NCBI RefSeq assembly: GCF_018977255.1
Contig: NW_024704742.1
Span: 27,034,001-27,098,000, forward strand
Direction: 5' to 3'
Source of the DNA: Callorhinchus milii
Lineage: Eukaryota
Length of the DNA: 64,000 bases
Part shown: positions 12,903-24,089 of the stretch, in pieces
Position numbering within the stretch: position 1 is the stretch's first letter
Layout of the letters: each line of letters opens with the position of its first letter
Made by a program: the position numbers and the translations under genes
Notes under the pieces: generated by a model
Told to the model about the DNA's origin: nothing
The model's database searches: none
The model's input: only the letters and a program-made list of their open reading frames with translations

Positions 12903-15789
12903 GTGAGTGCTCACTCCTGCCATTTTATTCACCGAGCTCTCGGGAATTTCACTGTTCCCTTATAATTTTTTTTGAAAATGTTATAAATGCCTTTAATTTA
13001 GATGAGCCTGGCTTTTTAAAAAAAAATTAAGGATACAGGAGAAAAATAGTTGGGAGCTGGGATTATATATTTTGTCCGTTGGCAGTGGCAGGGACACGGT
13101 GGGCCGAAGGGCCTCCTCCTGTGATGAGAAATGACGTTCCTGTATGTTTTTGTTCTGGTTGAATCGAAAATCCTCTCATTTTGCACTTTTTTTTAAAAAA
13201 AATGATAAATATAGTCAATGCACTTCCCAGTTTAATCCTGTGAAACGAGCGCTTTGAGATGTCTCGACGACGTGATAAATCGCTATATTAAACACAAGGA
13301 TCATCAACAATAGATACAGATTTCCCACTGACTGGGTGGGACTACGGACTTCTCTGTAATCGCCATCTTTTACAGTCATCCAGTGGGAAGGATATCTATC
13401 ATTTATATTTCTCCTCTCACCTAATCAGATGTACCTCGTCGCTAAGGGTTAATAGGTGCCCCAAGTTTGTGCCCACAACTTGGTGGATGAATCAAATCAC
13501 AAAGCAGGCTTTGAGCTCGGCCCTTTAGCTCACAGTTAGCGGATGCCAAGTCCCTAGAGGAGCAAGCAGCCCCCAACTGTCTTAATTGGACTAGTCACTG
13601 TGTCAATAAGAGGTTCACCCATGCCTTGGATTGAATTATATTGTTATGTATATTTCATTACAGGCCTGATGCTATAGTGCACCTCTATACCCTGTCACAA
13701 ATTAACACGCGGGTCCAAGAGAAGAAGTTCAAAGTTCATCTGTACTCCCCTTCCACAAAAACAAAAAGCCACATTACCTCGTGGTTTACGGCTTTGATTC
13801 TTGATTCAGATGAAGATCTGCCTCCCACCTGATGCTAGATTTACTCTCCATGTGGGATGAAGAGTTGCTTTCAGTTAGGGTACATTGAGGCTTCATTCGC
13901 AGGGCTGATTGACTGATGTTGAAATTCCAGTCGCTGTCCTGAGAATGTTTTTCTTTCACTCTGCTCTTGAGTGGAGCGCTGTGCTGGGACAATCTCGCAA
14001 TGTGAGCTTGCAGCCTATCATCATCCGTGGCCAAATGGTGCCCCATTGTGAAATGATGGAAATTCCTAAAATGTGTGAGCGAGACAAGGTTGAGGGACTC
14101 ACTCAGTAATGCACCTCACGTGACTTCCTATCAGCTGGGCTGGAAGTTCCCTTGTTGATGACGTGATAAGAGGATGTGCGGAGAAAGAGAGAGAGAGAGA
14201 GACGTAGATTAGCAAGGGAAGAAAAACTGTACCTTGAGAGCTCTCGTTTACAAGCTGTGGCAGATTTGAAAACATAATGAAGACAGTCTGGTTCTCAAGA
14301 TGTTAAACCCACAGCTCGTCCAATTCACAAGTGTAAAACGATTCCAGAAAGTAATTCCTACGTGGAAATGGGATGTGTTATGTCACTGTAAACGCCATTC
14401 TCACTATTGGCAAGACTGAGCCCCTATGTTTTTGACCTGGTGGCTCCCCTCAATTGTATAAGCTCTGTATGTATCTGCTCTCTGCCCTTTCTCCCAACTT
14501 AACCTTATGTCATCTTGATTCCAAGATTGCATTTCCAAATCTTAAGTTCTCTTTCTTACGTTTACCTATAGTCGTGCCCCACTCATTGAATGAGTTAGCA
14601 ATTAATCCACCACATTTTTCTCCTCCACTTTAATATAGCACATTATATTTGCTGTTTGCTGCTGGTTCAGTCTGAAATCTGTTTAAAGCAGGATAGATCT
14701 TTTACAATGCAGTCAATTTCACATAAGGGGATTACAGAGTATCACTCAGTGAATTTTTTTTGGGTAAGCTGCCAGGATTTGAAAATTGTAATTATTTTCT
14801 ATCTGCCCTCATGACATTTATTTCCCGTTTCTGGATTAGGTTTACCACGTAAATTCCTGCTCATATTTTATTTTGGCTCGAGTTAGAGCCTCGATGCCCT
14901 AGATCCCTTGAAGAATCTGCTGCATGGTGTCTAAACAGTGTCCTAAACTGCGGCAAAAAAATAATGGACGGTAGAAAGTTTACGTTCATGAAAATCATCT
15001 GATTTACTACTAAGTGCACAGCGAAGCTGTGTAGAGGGAAATCCTGGGTAAAGTTTTGCTGTGAAGCCCTGATCAGGGAATGTTGTTTGAGGCACTAGCA
15101 TTAACTGTACGGGTTTGAGGGGTGAATATTGATTGACAAGAGGCATTGACCCTTGCTATTCCTTGCTGGGCTGGGCCTGAAATGAGCAAGGTGCCAGAAG
15201 AGTTTTCGTTTTAACTTTTTGTTCATACTGTGGCTTTTCCTTCTCTGTGCAATACTGGACGTATACAGTGTGGCAATACTGTAATAAAATCCAATAAACA
15301 CAGCTGCAGGCTTTGTACAGTACACACTGCGTGGCTATCTCTTATTTTCCAATTTCCTCTCCCTTCTGTAGAAGGTTTCTTAGCGTCTGTGCTGATGCAG
15401 CCTTTACTTTCCTCGGCAGCCGCTTACAGGTCTTCATTCTATCCCTGCAGTTGACCATGAGTGGGGTGATAGCTTTCTGAACTCAGATAGGACACACTCC
15501 CTCCCTGTGTTATTTGTTTCAGTGCTGAAGCTGTGATTCTGTTGGGGAAGTGGGTTGCGGGTGAGAGCAAAAGAGCAGCTACCTGGCATTAATCTCTGCA
15601 GAATTTGGACTATCTTTGATTTTGTTGTAAAATCACTTGACACATCATTTTCGCTTGTATTAACTCTTGATATAAACTCCCAAGATAAAATGAAGATCCT
15701 CTTTTAAACAGCATGTGGTAGAAAATACTATTTATATTGTATACACCGGTATATATAAAAATTGCCTCGCAGCATCTCGCATAATCAAT

Positions 15790-16145
15790 TGGAATTTGAA
15801 TCAGATTGAGGTGTTCAAAACAATGAGGTTAACTGACCGCTAGATAATGGCTGACTCTTCCCTCTAGTAAAGTGATCCAAAATAACAGGACGTGATCTTA
15901 CAATTGGAACTAGTGTGGATAGAGGTGAGATTGGAAAAAAAAGATCTTCGTGCAAAGGGTTGTAGGAACGCATGCGTCCCCAAAGGGCCATAGATGCAGA
16001 CTTGATTGGGTGTTTGAAAAGGCGTTAGATACAACATGGTACATGGAGAAAAAGGCAGGTCATGGGATTAAAGGATCTATTGCGGTTGAACAATCTGTCT
16101 GGACAGGCTCAATGGACCGAATGGCCTGTTCCTATGCTCCTGTTT
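15790..16145 (+). mobile_element. Degraded CR1 3' fragment (smaller CR1 ends near 11960-12105, 27925-28075, 33858-34000)
   Basis: gattgaggtgttcaaaac...ggaccgaatggcctgttcct tail motif. Confidence 0.6.
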
Positions 16146-16640
16146 TGTTCGAGAGAGGTGAAGAGTTCTTATGTTGCCGGTTGTCTGCCAGTTGCATTTA
16201 AAAGCTTAAACACTTGACAAATTCTTCCCTCCTTTCTTCCTGAGAGAGTGAGAGGTGACCATCAATAGCAATGTGTGTGATATTGTGGCAACGAGAAGTA
16301 GAGTAAAACCCTAATGTAGGACGCTTTCTCATAAACGTAGGTTCGCTTATAAGGTGGACATCCTGTGACCCCAGCATCCCACACGCCAAACAATGTTTAA
16401 TCTCCATGTAATAACAAGGTTCTAGTTGAGTTAGATGTTCATATACACTGTGGGTGACTTGTTCCCATAAGCAGGCGATGTGGGGTAAGTGGCAGCCTCT
16501 GAACTGACCATTTTCTCCTGCCAATGATTTTGGTGAGTGTAGGTATCACTCCTGTGTATTTTTTTTAAAGTAATGTGGAGGCCACTGGTATTGAACTGTT
16601 CCTGAAGCCTGTCTAATAGGTTGTGATGTTTCCTCACTAG

Positions 16641-16758
16641 GTTAGGAATCTCACTTACATGGTGACCCGAAGGGAGAAGATTAAGAGAACAATCTGTAGA
16701 GTCCAAGAGCAAATATTCCAGCACCAGATGAAACTTGTCGAGGAGGAGCGCATTTCTG
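16641..16758 (+). CDS. JADE1: JADE1 coding exon (long isoform)
   Basis: cactag|GTT ... TCTG|gtgagt, 118 bp; [39 protein letters not shown]. Confidence 0.96.
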
Positions 16759-19700
16759 GTGAGTGGAGCAAGAGCACGGCTAGACGTCTGCTTGGTCTGA
16801 TGTCTCCCTTTTCTCTCCCCTTCTTCACAATAGAGCTGAAATGCTGGTCAGTGGTCAGCCAGAAGTCGCCGTTCGTGGTCACAAGTGCTGCGGTGTAATT
16901 CTCGGCAATAATTTTAACCCATTTAATCCAAAATCCGTAGTTGTTCTCGCAGAGAAAGATTGAAGCTTCTTGCACAGGCAATCAGTGACTTGCTAATAAA
17001 GTCACTGTTGAAAGTCGAAAGGAGTTGTTGTAGTTCTGGTTCAGATGCCTAGGCCTAGTGTGTGCTGAGATAGCAAATAACATAAGAATTGCTAGACGTA
17101 AGAAGTCCAAGGTCCATCCAGTTCGCTTTCCACCATCCTGGCAGTCGCATGTACATGTCATGCCCAAACTATACACTCTATCCCAAGATATTGTTTCCTA
17201 AAAGAAATCTAATAGCAGTCATGGTGAGAGGAAGTGTGCTACAATTAGCCTCAGAGTGCCTGTGTTGGGAAGTGGTGATGTTGTATTTGCCACAGTTTTC
17301 ATTCCAAGATTGCTAGCAAGTCACTGGAAAATACACACCTCGGGTTAATGGAACAAATTTGGCTATAAATCTGCACGGTCATAGTCATAGATGTTGCCGA
17401 CCTGCTCTGCCTCAACTTGTACATTTATTTTGGGTCAGCCAAGTGACGTAGTCCTAAACCATCAGCATCTTTAAACATGGTTAAGTGCTATTTCAAGGCA
17501 CTGCTAAGGACAGACCATCCAGCACTGGCATATTAGCAGGACTTAGAGGGACTGCCCAGTCATTCAACATGGATTATTCCCACTCGGCTCCTGTTAACCC
17601 TGCAAGCTAAAGCCCTAACAGTTAGTGTGGTCCAAGCTGGACAAACAGCAGGAAAGCTTCCCAGTCAACTTTTGCGATGGTAAGCTGTACAATATTAGCA
17701 AGTTAAACTCCAACAGTAACCCCCAAACTATGTTCTATGGGACCCCAAACCTTCGTTCTTGCCAACTGGCATAACCTACACCTAAACCTTCCAGGGTTAG
17801 ATAAGCAGTGTGCAGAATCGAGCCACAAAGGACCCCCTTGCTGCATGACAATGTTATTCTCTGTTTAGTTCTCAGATCTCAAAGCAATATAAAAGTAAAC
17901 TGTTGGAGTCCTGTGGATACCCAGCCAAGGAAACAGATTACTGTGACTGCCAGAGGGTCAACTCAATGCCAATACTCCATTACTGTATATGTGCGCTGGA
18001 GCCAAATCATTCCCAATCCCAGTCTCAGACCCCACTTACCTCTCCTCTCCCCCCACCCCCCCCCCTCAAAGGATAATCATATTAGAACAACCAACAGCGA
18101 AGTTGGTCACACAGAATTCTGAGTCCTGCTCCTCCTCAACCAATGTGAAGGATGTGATAGTTTCAATATGTGCAGGTCTAATACGAATTTGTTTGACATC
18201 CAGCAGTTTTTGTAACTGCAATACTTTTCTTTGGTTAAATGCCCACTGCACATCTGAAGACAGCGCTTTACATTAATAACTGCAGGGATTGTGAATTTAC
18301 GAGCACAGCTGTTGGAAACCACTGCACAGAATCCACTGTCAGATCTCGAGGTCTGAGCACTTGAACAGAGAATAACGTTGGCATGCAGTAAGGAGGTCCT
18401 TTGTGACTTGAGTGTTGATTTGATTTTCCATTACACCAGTTAAGTACAGCTGTTGTGACCAGTGGATTAGATTCTCCATAACCCTCATAGAATAGAACTA
18501 GTCATTAGCAGCTCAGTGGTCTAGTCTTAATCCCTTTTGAGAATGACTAGTAGTGTCACGGAAGCACACCAAAACACTAGCTCGCATGAAGGGTGCTATG
18601 TAAATGCAAGGTGTTGTTGTTGTTGACTTTGATTTTCGGGTGGTGATATAGGTCGATGTAGCTGATCACTAGTGAACCTCCCCACTCACCTTCTTTACAA
18701 GATGGGGACAATCTTAACCTGTTTTGTTTTTGTGCCTGTGGAGTACAGGAAAAACAAACATAAACACAATGAGCTTACAAACAACAACAGCTACTTGCAT
18801 TTATATAGCGCCCTTCACGTAGATTAACATCGTCTTGCAGTCACTTTATCTTTACAGTGACCTGACTTCCCCGGTTCCTGACCCTGCAGCATGTCACAGC
18901 CACACTGAGATCCCATTGTTTGATATGCGTTTTTTTTGCTCTATACAGCAATTTTGCTTCTGTTATCAATTTGCCACAATTTATCTCCACACATTCCTGA
19001 CTGCGCTCTTCTTTTCGTTATTTGTGCTGTCAGGTTTTCAAGTGAATATTGAGCCCTGAAGGCTTCTTTGCAGTGAGGATTGCTTAATGTGGGAAGAGCT
19101 TGATTATAGCAAGCATTTGGTAGAGAAGGCTGCAGAGTCATTAAAATGCACCTTTACTTTGGACTGCTATGGTTGGTATGATGCAGAGAGAACTTGCCTT
19201 CAGAGGCTAATTTGATGTCGTCAGTCTGTCCATTGAAGCCCCATTGAGTGGGCAAGTCAGTGGTAACGCTTGACAGCTCTAGGCTATCTTCAGCTGGGCT
19301 GGCTGGTTTCAAAGGCTGAACACAGTCAGCAGGTTCTGCTTTCCACGAAACAAAGACTGTTGTTTCTAGAGCTGACAACATGGAGTGGGGGGAAGGGGTT
19401 AGTAATTTCTGAACAGGAAGGATTGACATAGACTGCAAACACGTTTGAAATTCTGGAAGCTTTGCTTATTCTTACAGCTGATGTGCATCAAAAAAAAACA
19501 TTTTCAAATCGGCTTGTGTTTCCCACTGAAACATTACTCGAATTTCTAAGAACTTGCAGGAGATTTTTTTCCCCCTCCTCTTTGCCAGGAGAGAAAGTGT
19601 TCCCTGCGTCCTCAGGAATGCACCACCCCCCCTACCCCCTCCCATTCGTGTTTCTTTCGGTTCCTGAGACAGCATTGTGGGTTCTGAGGCTTTTCCTTCC

Positions 19701-19837
19701 CCTGCTCCCTGTGCTGCCTTCATCTGTTCGGGCAGATCGTCGCCAGTTACCGACAGTCACTTGTAAAGAAGCTTCAGTGGCAGCTGCTATCTCGAGATGT
19801 TTGGTCGCTGACAATTCAATTCAAAATCAAATGCTTT

Positions 19838-20144
19838 CGCCCGCAAAATATACAGTCAATTCACTTTACAGTATATTCTGTGAAGCGCTGTGAGACCTCT
19901 CAAAGTTGTGATAAGGCGTTTACATCCTGAAATAATAAGGATTATTATTATATTATTATTACTTTTGTAACTTTCTGGTAATAATTTGGTCACTCAATCT
20001 GTGACTGTTTGTGGAACACTGCTGTGCGCAATTGGCTGCTGCGTTTCGCCTACAAAATATACAGTCACCACACTGGGGTATATTCTGTGTGCCCTTTGAG
20101 ATGTCTCAACGACATGATAAGTCGCTATATTAAATGCAATGATT
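19838..20144 (+). mobile_element. Two tandem older SINE 3' fragments
   Basis: Repeated aaatatacagtca...ctgtgaagcg...tail motifs directly before the young SINE. Confidence 0.78.
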
Positions 20145-20147
20145 GGA

Positions 20148-20474
20148 GTGGAGTCCTGTAGCTCAGTGGTTAGAGCACTCGCTTTGCAAGCGAGAGACCT
20201 GAGTTCAATTCCAGGCACAGGGCGAAACCTTGGGCAAGTTTCCTTACTCCACACGACTAATAATAATCCCTCCAAAACCAAAAACAATAATAAATTGGTC
20301 ATTTTCAATCTACGACTGTTTGTGAGACATTGCTGTGCGCAATTGGCTGCCGCGTTCGCCCACACAAAAAAATATACAGTCAATTCACTTTACAGTGTGT
20401 TCTGTGAAGCGCTTTGGGACGTCCTCCCGACGTGAAAAGCGCTATATCAAATGCAAGGATTATTATTATTATTA
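20148..20474 (+). mobile_element. Young full-length tRNA-derived SINE
   Basis: GTGGAG start, A box (tagctcagtgg), B box (gagttcaattcc), Deu-like segment (tgtttgtgagacattgctgtgcgcaattggctgccgcg), L2-type 3' stem-loop and (TTA)n tail. Confidence 0.92.
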
Positions 20475-22187
20475 TGCACAATCCACAACTTTAAATCTGC
20501 CCTTCTGATCAGCACAGTAAACCTTAAACCATGTTTGAATTTGAATGGATCTAGTCCTTTAGGGGAGAGATCCAGATCTTACTGGAACCTCTGCTATTCA
20601 GGGTTGCTCAGAGGTATAGTGATTAGTGAAGGAATTGAACCAATCCTCCTAACATGGTGAACTCAAACAACAACAATAGCAAAGTAGCGCCCTTCACACG
20701 AGATAGCGTCCCGGAGTGCTTGACAGTGGCGGGAGTCTGATGTCGAGCCAGGGGTAGAAAGAGAGGGGAGGTGACCATAAGCACGATCAAAAAGGAAGGT
20801 CTTAAGCCGGGATTTGAAGGTGGGGAGGGAGAGGGAAAGGCAGAGTGATTGAAGGAGAGAGTTCCAGAATTTCAGGGCGCAGAGAATGAAGGCTCGGCTA
20901 CCGATGGTGGAGCGGAGGGGATGAGGGACAAACTCTGCTTCTCAGGATGTTTTCTGTACTCTTAAAGCTTGTGTTTCAAACCTTTGGAATACAGTACATT
21001 GAAATGAGAGGACTGGAGGCATCCCAATTGCTAGTATTTAAATGATTTAATTGTTGAGGAATGGAGTGAGGGAGGTGTTGTACTGTGTCCTTTCTTGCAC
21101 TTCTCAGATCTCCTCGTGGGTTGACTAAGAGCCATTGATGCCATTCAGCAATGGTCTTATAGAGTCAAGTACCATAAATGATTGTGGCTAATTTTGAAAT
21201 GGTACTAACGCTTATACTAAGTGCTCTCACTTGTGCTCTCGGTGTTGACTGAAAAGAATATTCAATAAAAAATGGAGGGGTACCTCTGAATTTTTATTTC
21301 AAAAGTTTCTTAAATCCCAGGATAAATACACCTGTTATTCTCCCCTGAATCCTCATTCCTCTTTTCACCAAACACTGGCCTGCTTCATGTCCTCCATGTG
21401 GTTTGTTCCACAATCGTTGGGCAATCCTTAAACCACTCTGCCTCCACTGTGCCTTGCTCCTCCATTTCCACCTTCAAAACCTGCCTTAGTATCCTCGGCC
21501 GTGCTTTCAGCCACTGTTCTCCTCCCTTCTTCAGCTCCCCACTCCGCCCCACACACAAGCATCCAGAACCTAGTGTGCTCATTTTGAAATTTTCAATGTG
21601 AAATATATTATTGTCTTCACCAGGAGTCACAAACTTGTTTTATGTGAGGGGGCTTCCAGGCTTGGCGTGGAATTGATGGTGCTGAACTTTCGTGGAGTAA
21701 ATCTGAGTGTAAATTACAGGCTCCACTGACATTTGGTGTTGGGTTTATCTTTCGGGGAAAGTTTATCATTTTGGGGCTATGGAGGGTTTCAAAGGCAGAC
21801 AGGACAAAGTGCTCCTAAAGCGGTTCTGTTCTGCACGAGTTCTGACTTAGTGAATGAGGGATTGCTATCTATGGAGTAACTGGTTCTTTGAACATCGGAG
21901 GACTGAAATTCCATGTGTAAGACCATTTTTATGTCTTAAAATTTGATATTGTGCAGAATTGAAGCAAATTTGTAAATTCAGTCCATTTAGAAGCTGGTGT
22001 CTCTTAAACAACTATGGAAAAATAGCTTCCGCATTAAGACTGAATTTCAAGAAATTTCCACAATTCTTAAATGTTAACCGAAAATGGTCTTATAGGGTCA
22101 GAGTAGGTGGAATTTTGGGACTTGGGTGCCTAAATATTACTCATGTAGTTAAATATTGCATCATCTCAAAGCGCATCTCATATTGAG

Positions 22188-22505
22188 ATGACTCCCGCCT
22201 GCTTCACGTTCCCTCACCTCGCTCGCCCCACTATTGGCGGGCGGGCTTTCTGCCACTCTGCCCCCACCCTCTGGAACTCCATCCCGCAGTCCCTCCACCT
22301 CGCCCTCTCCCTTGCCTTCTTCAAGACCCATCTCAAGACCCTCCTCTTCGACCGTGCTTTCGATGTCCCTGCTTCCCTCCCCCTGTCCTCCACCCTCACC
22401 GACCCCGACCCCCAGCTCGGGTCCGATACTCTGTCCAATACCTTGGGTCTTCCTCCCGACGTGAAAGACGCTATACAAATGTAATTTTGTTGCTGCTGCT
22501 GTTGT
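22188..22505 (+). mobile_element. L2 LINE 3' fragment
   Basis: IGGRAFCHSAPTLWNSIP...FKTHLKTLLFDRAF, typical L2 ORF2 end, plus tail. Confidence 0.85.
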
Positions 22506-22647
22506 ATTGGGGCCTACCTCCGCGGTTTCAATACCTTTTTTAAAAAAAACATGAAAAGGGCATTTTCCAAATTCAGAAAATGTCACACAGGGCCACCTGG
22601 GAGAAACGTTCAAATAATGACGTAATAGTTTCAGTGGTTGGTACCAT

Positions 22648-22961
22648 CAGGAGTGCCCAGTAAGCCCTTTGAGATGTTCATCACACGGGAAAGCCAGTAC
22701 AGGACAGCCCTTTTGAAATGGGCCTTTCTCTGCGGGTTTGATTATGATGCGGTCGTCCTTTGGACCCGCGCGTGCAGTTGTCGGGGTTCCTGTGGTTGGA
22801 AGTGATGTCAGCGGAGGCTGTATTTTTTTCAAGGAAGTGATGTCAGCTTGCGTGCGCACAAGAAGTGACATTGCAGGGGCCACTTTGTTGTGTTGCCCAA
22901 TCATAGTGTGATGCTTGGGGTATCCGGACCTGAAACAGTGCGTTATAACGGGGTTCTCCTG
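22648..22961. mobile_element. Degenerate Tigger-like MITE
   Basis: CAGGAGTGCCCAGTAA ... TTATAACGGGGTTCTCCTG imperfect inverted ends. Confidence 0.45.
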
Positions 22962-23107
22962 CATATAAATGCAGTTACAAATGTCAATTGCGTGTTGGTC
23001 CCTTTGAGCGTTTATTAAGGGAATACTGAAACCCGCACCCTAAATGCTAATTGATGTTCAGGCCTGTAGCAATACGACGCTGTAAGTTGTACCCTTTTGT
23101 TTTGTAG

Positions 23108-24089
23108 GTGTGCCTTCAGCATTCCCGTCGGATGAGGCTCTATTCCTTGGTTGGTTGGCGCAACCTGATCAATCGGATGATTTCCAATGGCGATCGAGCA
23201 ACCGGGAGCTGGGAATGCCTGGCCAGCACTCGGCCCGAGTGTGGCGTGCAAGCAGCTCCCACGTGGGCGACAGAATGCGAAGCCACACAGTCGCTGCCCA
23301 CAAGAGTTTGTTGAAACAATCGAACCGGGTCAGTGAGGTCAAAAGCAAAGCTGACCCGCACAGCACGAGGGAGGATTACAGTAGCCCGCGCGCTCTCCCG
23401 TCGTACGAGAAAGTGCGGCCGGGATCGCAAGGGAGCACCCGGGAGAGGAGTAATGGATTGGCCGGATCTGACTTGAGGAGGAAAACCGAGGGCAACATGG
23501 GATGTAAAACGGAATCGAGGGACAGAGCTTCTTCGAGGCGAGAGAAGTCTCTTGCGGCCATGGAATCCACCCTGAAGCAGTCGGAAAACAAGCGGGTTTT
23601 GTACGCTCCGACCTGCAGGCTGCCCGCCATCGGCAGTCGGAGGTTATCCGGGGATGGCAGCCTGGCACACACAAAATGCAATGGTACTTTGAGCCGGTTG
23701 GCTTGCAACCAAACGACCCTTCCTATTGCTCGTCCTGCAGTCAAAGTGCCTACCACCCCTACGAGCCCAGTGAAAAACTGGGGTGGGTTTAAAATCCCGA
23801 AGAAGGGAGAAAGGAAGCAGCACAGGGAGACACAGGAGGCCTGCGGGCAGAACTCAGAGGCCACCAAATACCAGCATTTGGGCTTACAGAGAGCATCTTC
23901 CAAAGAGAGGCCGAAGGTAAGGCTGTTGCCGGACAGTGAAAACGATGGCTACAGCCCGATGCTGAAATGAGCGACTCTGAGAGTGAGACGACAGACAACT
24001 GCAAGCCACAGAGGCTAAGTTCAAACAGTGCTATAGTCAACAGGCGGTACGGAGCAGACATTATTCGAAGAAGCATTCTGGCCTCTTGA
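23108..24089 (+). CDS. JADE1: JADE1 last coding exon; apparent 1-bp frameshift near 23955-23958
   Basis: tttgtag|GT phase-1 acceptor; contains SPVKNWGGFKIPKKGER and ENDGY. As written the frame stops at 23970, but the -1 frame continues DAEMSDSESE...DIIRRSILAS* to TGA at 24087-24089, the recognisable JADE1 C-terminus. Confidence 0.9.

Noticed and set aside
18941..19723. Three minus-strand ORFs (19472-19723, 19154-19438, 18941-19141) in the same frame
   Set aside because: Interrupted by stops, no recognisable domain or splice structure; a blastx search would be needed to call a pseudogene.
20148..20220. tRNA-Ala-like gene (also at 29561 and 51980)
   Set aside because: It continues directly into a SINE body and tail in several copies and has no Pol III terminator after the tRNA part; these are SINE heads.
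19838..20474. Recurring conserved units that might suggest a CRISPR-like array
   Set aside because: Eukaryotic context, irregular spacing, and the units are SINE tails.
23376..23903. 175-aa antisense ORF and other ORFs overlapping JADE1 exons
   Set aside because: Shadow frames of GC-rich coding sequence with no recognisable protein.
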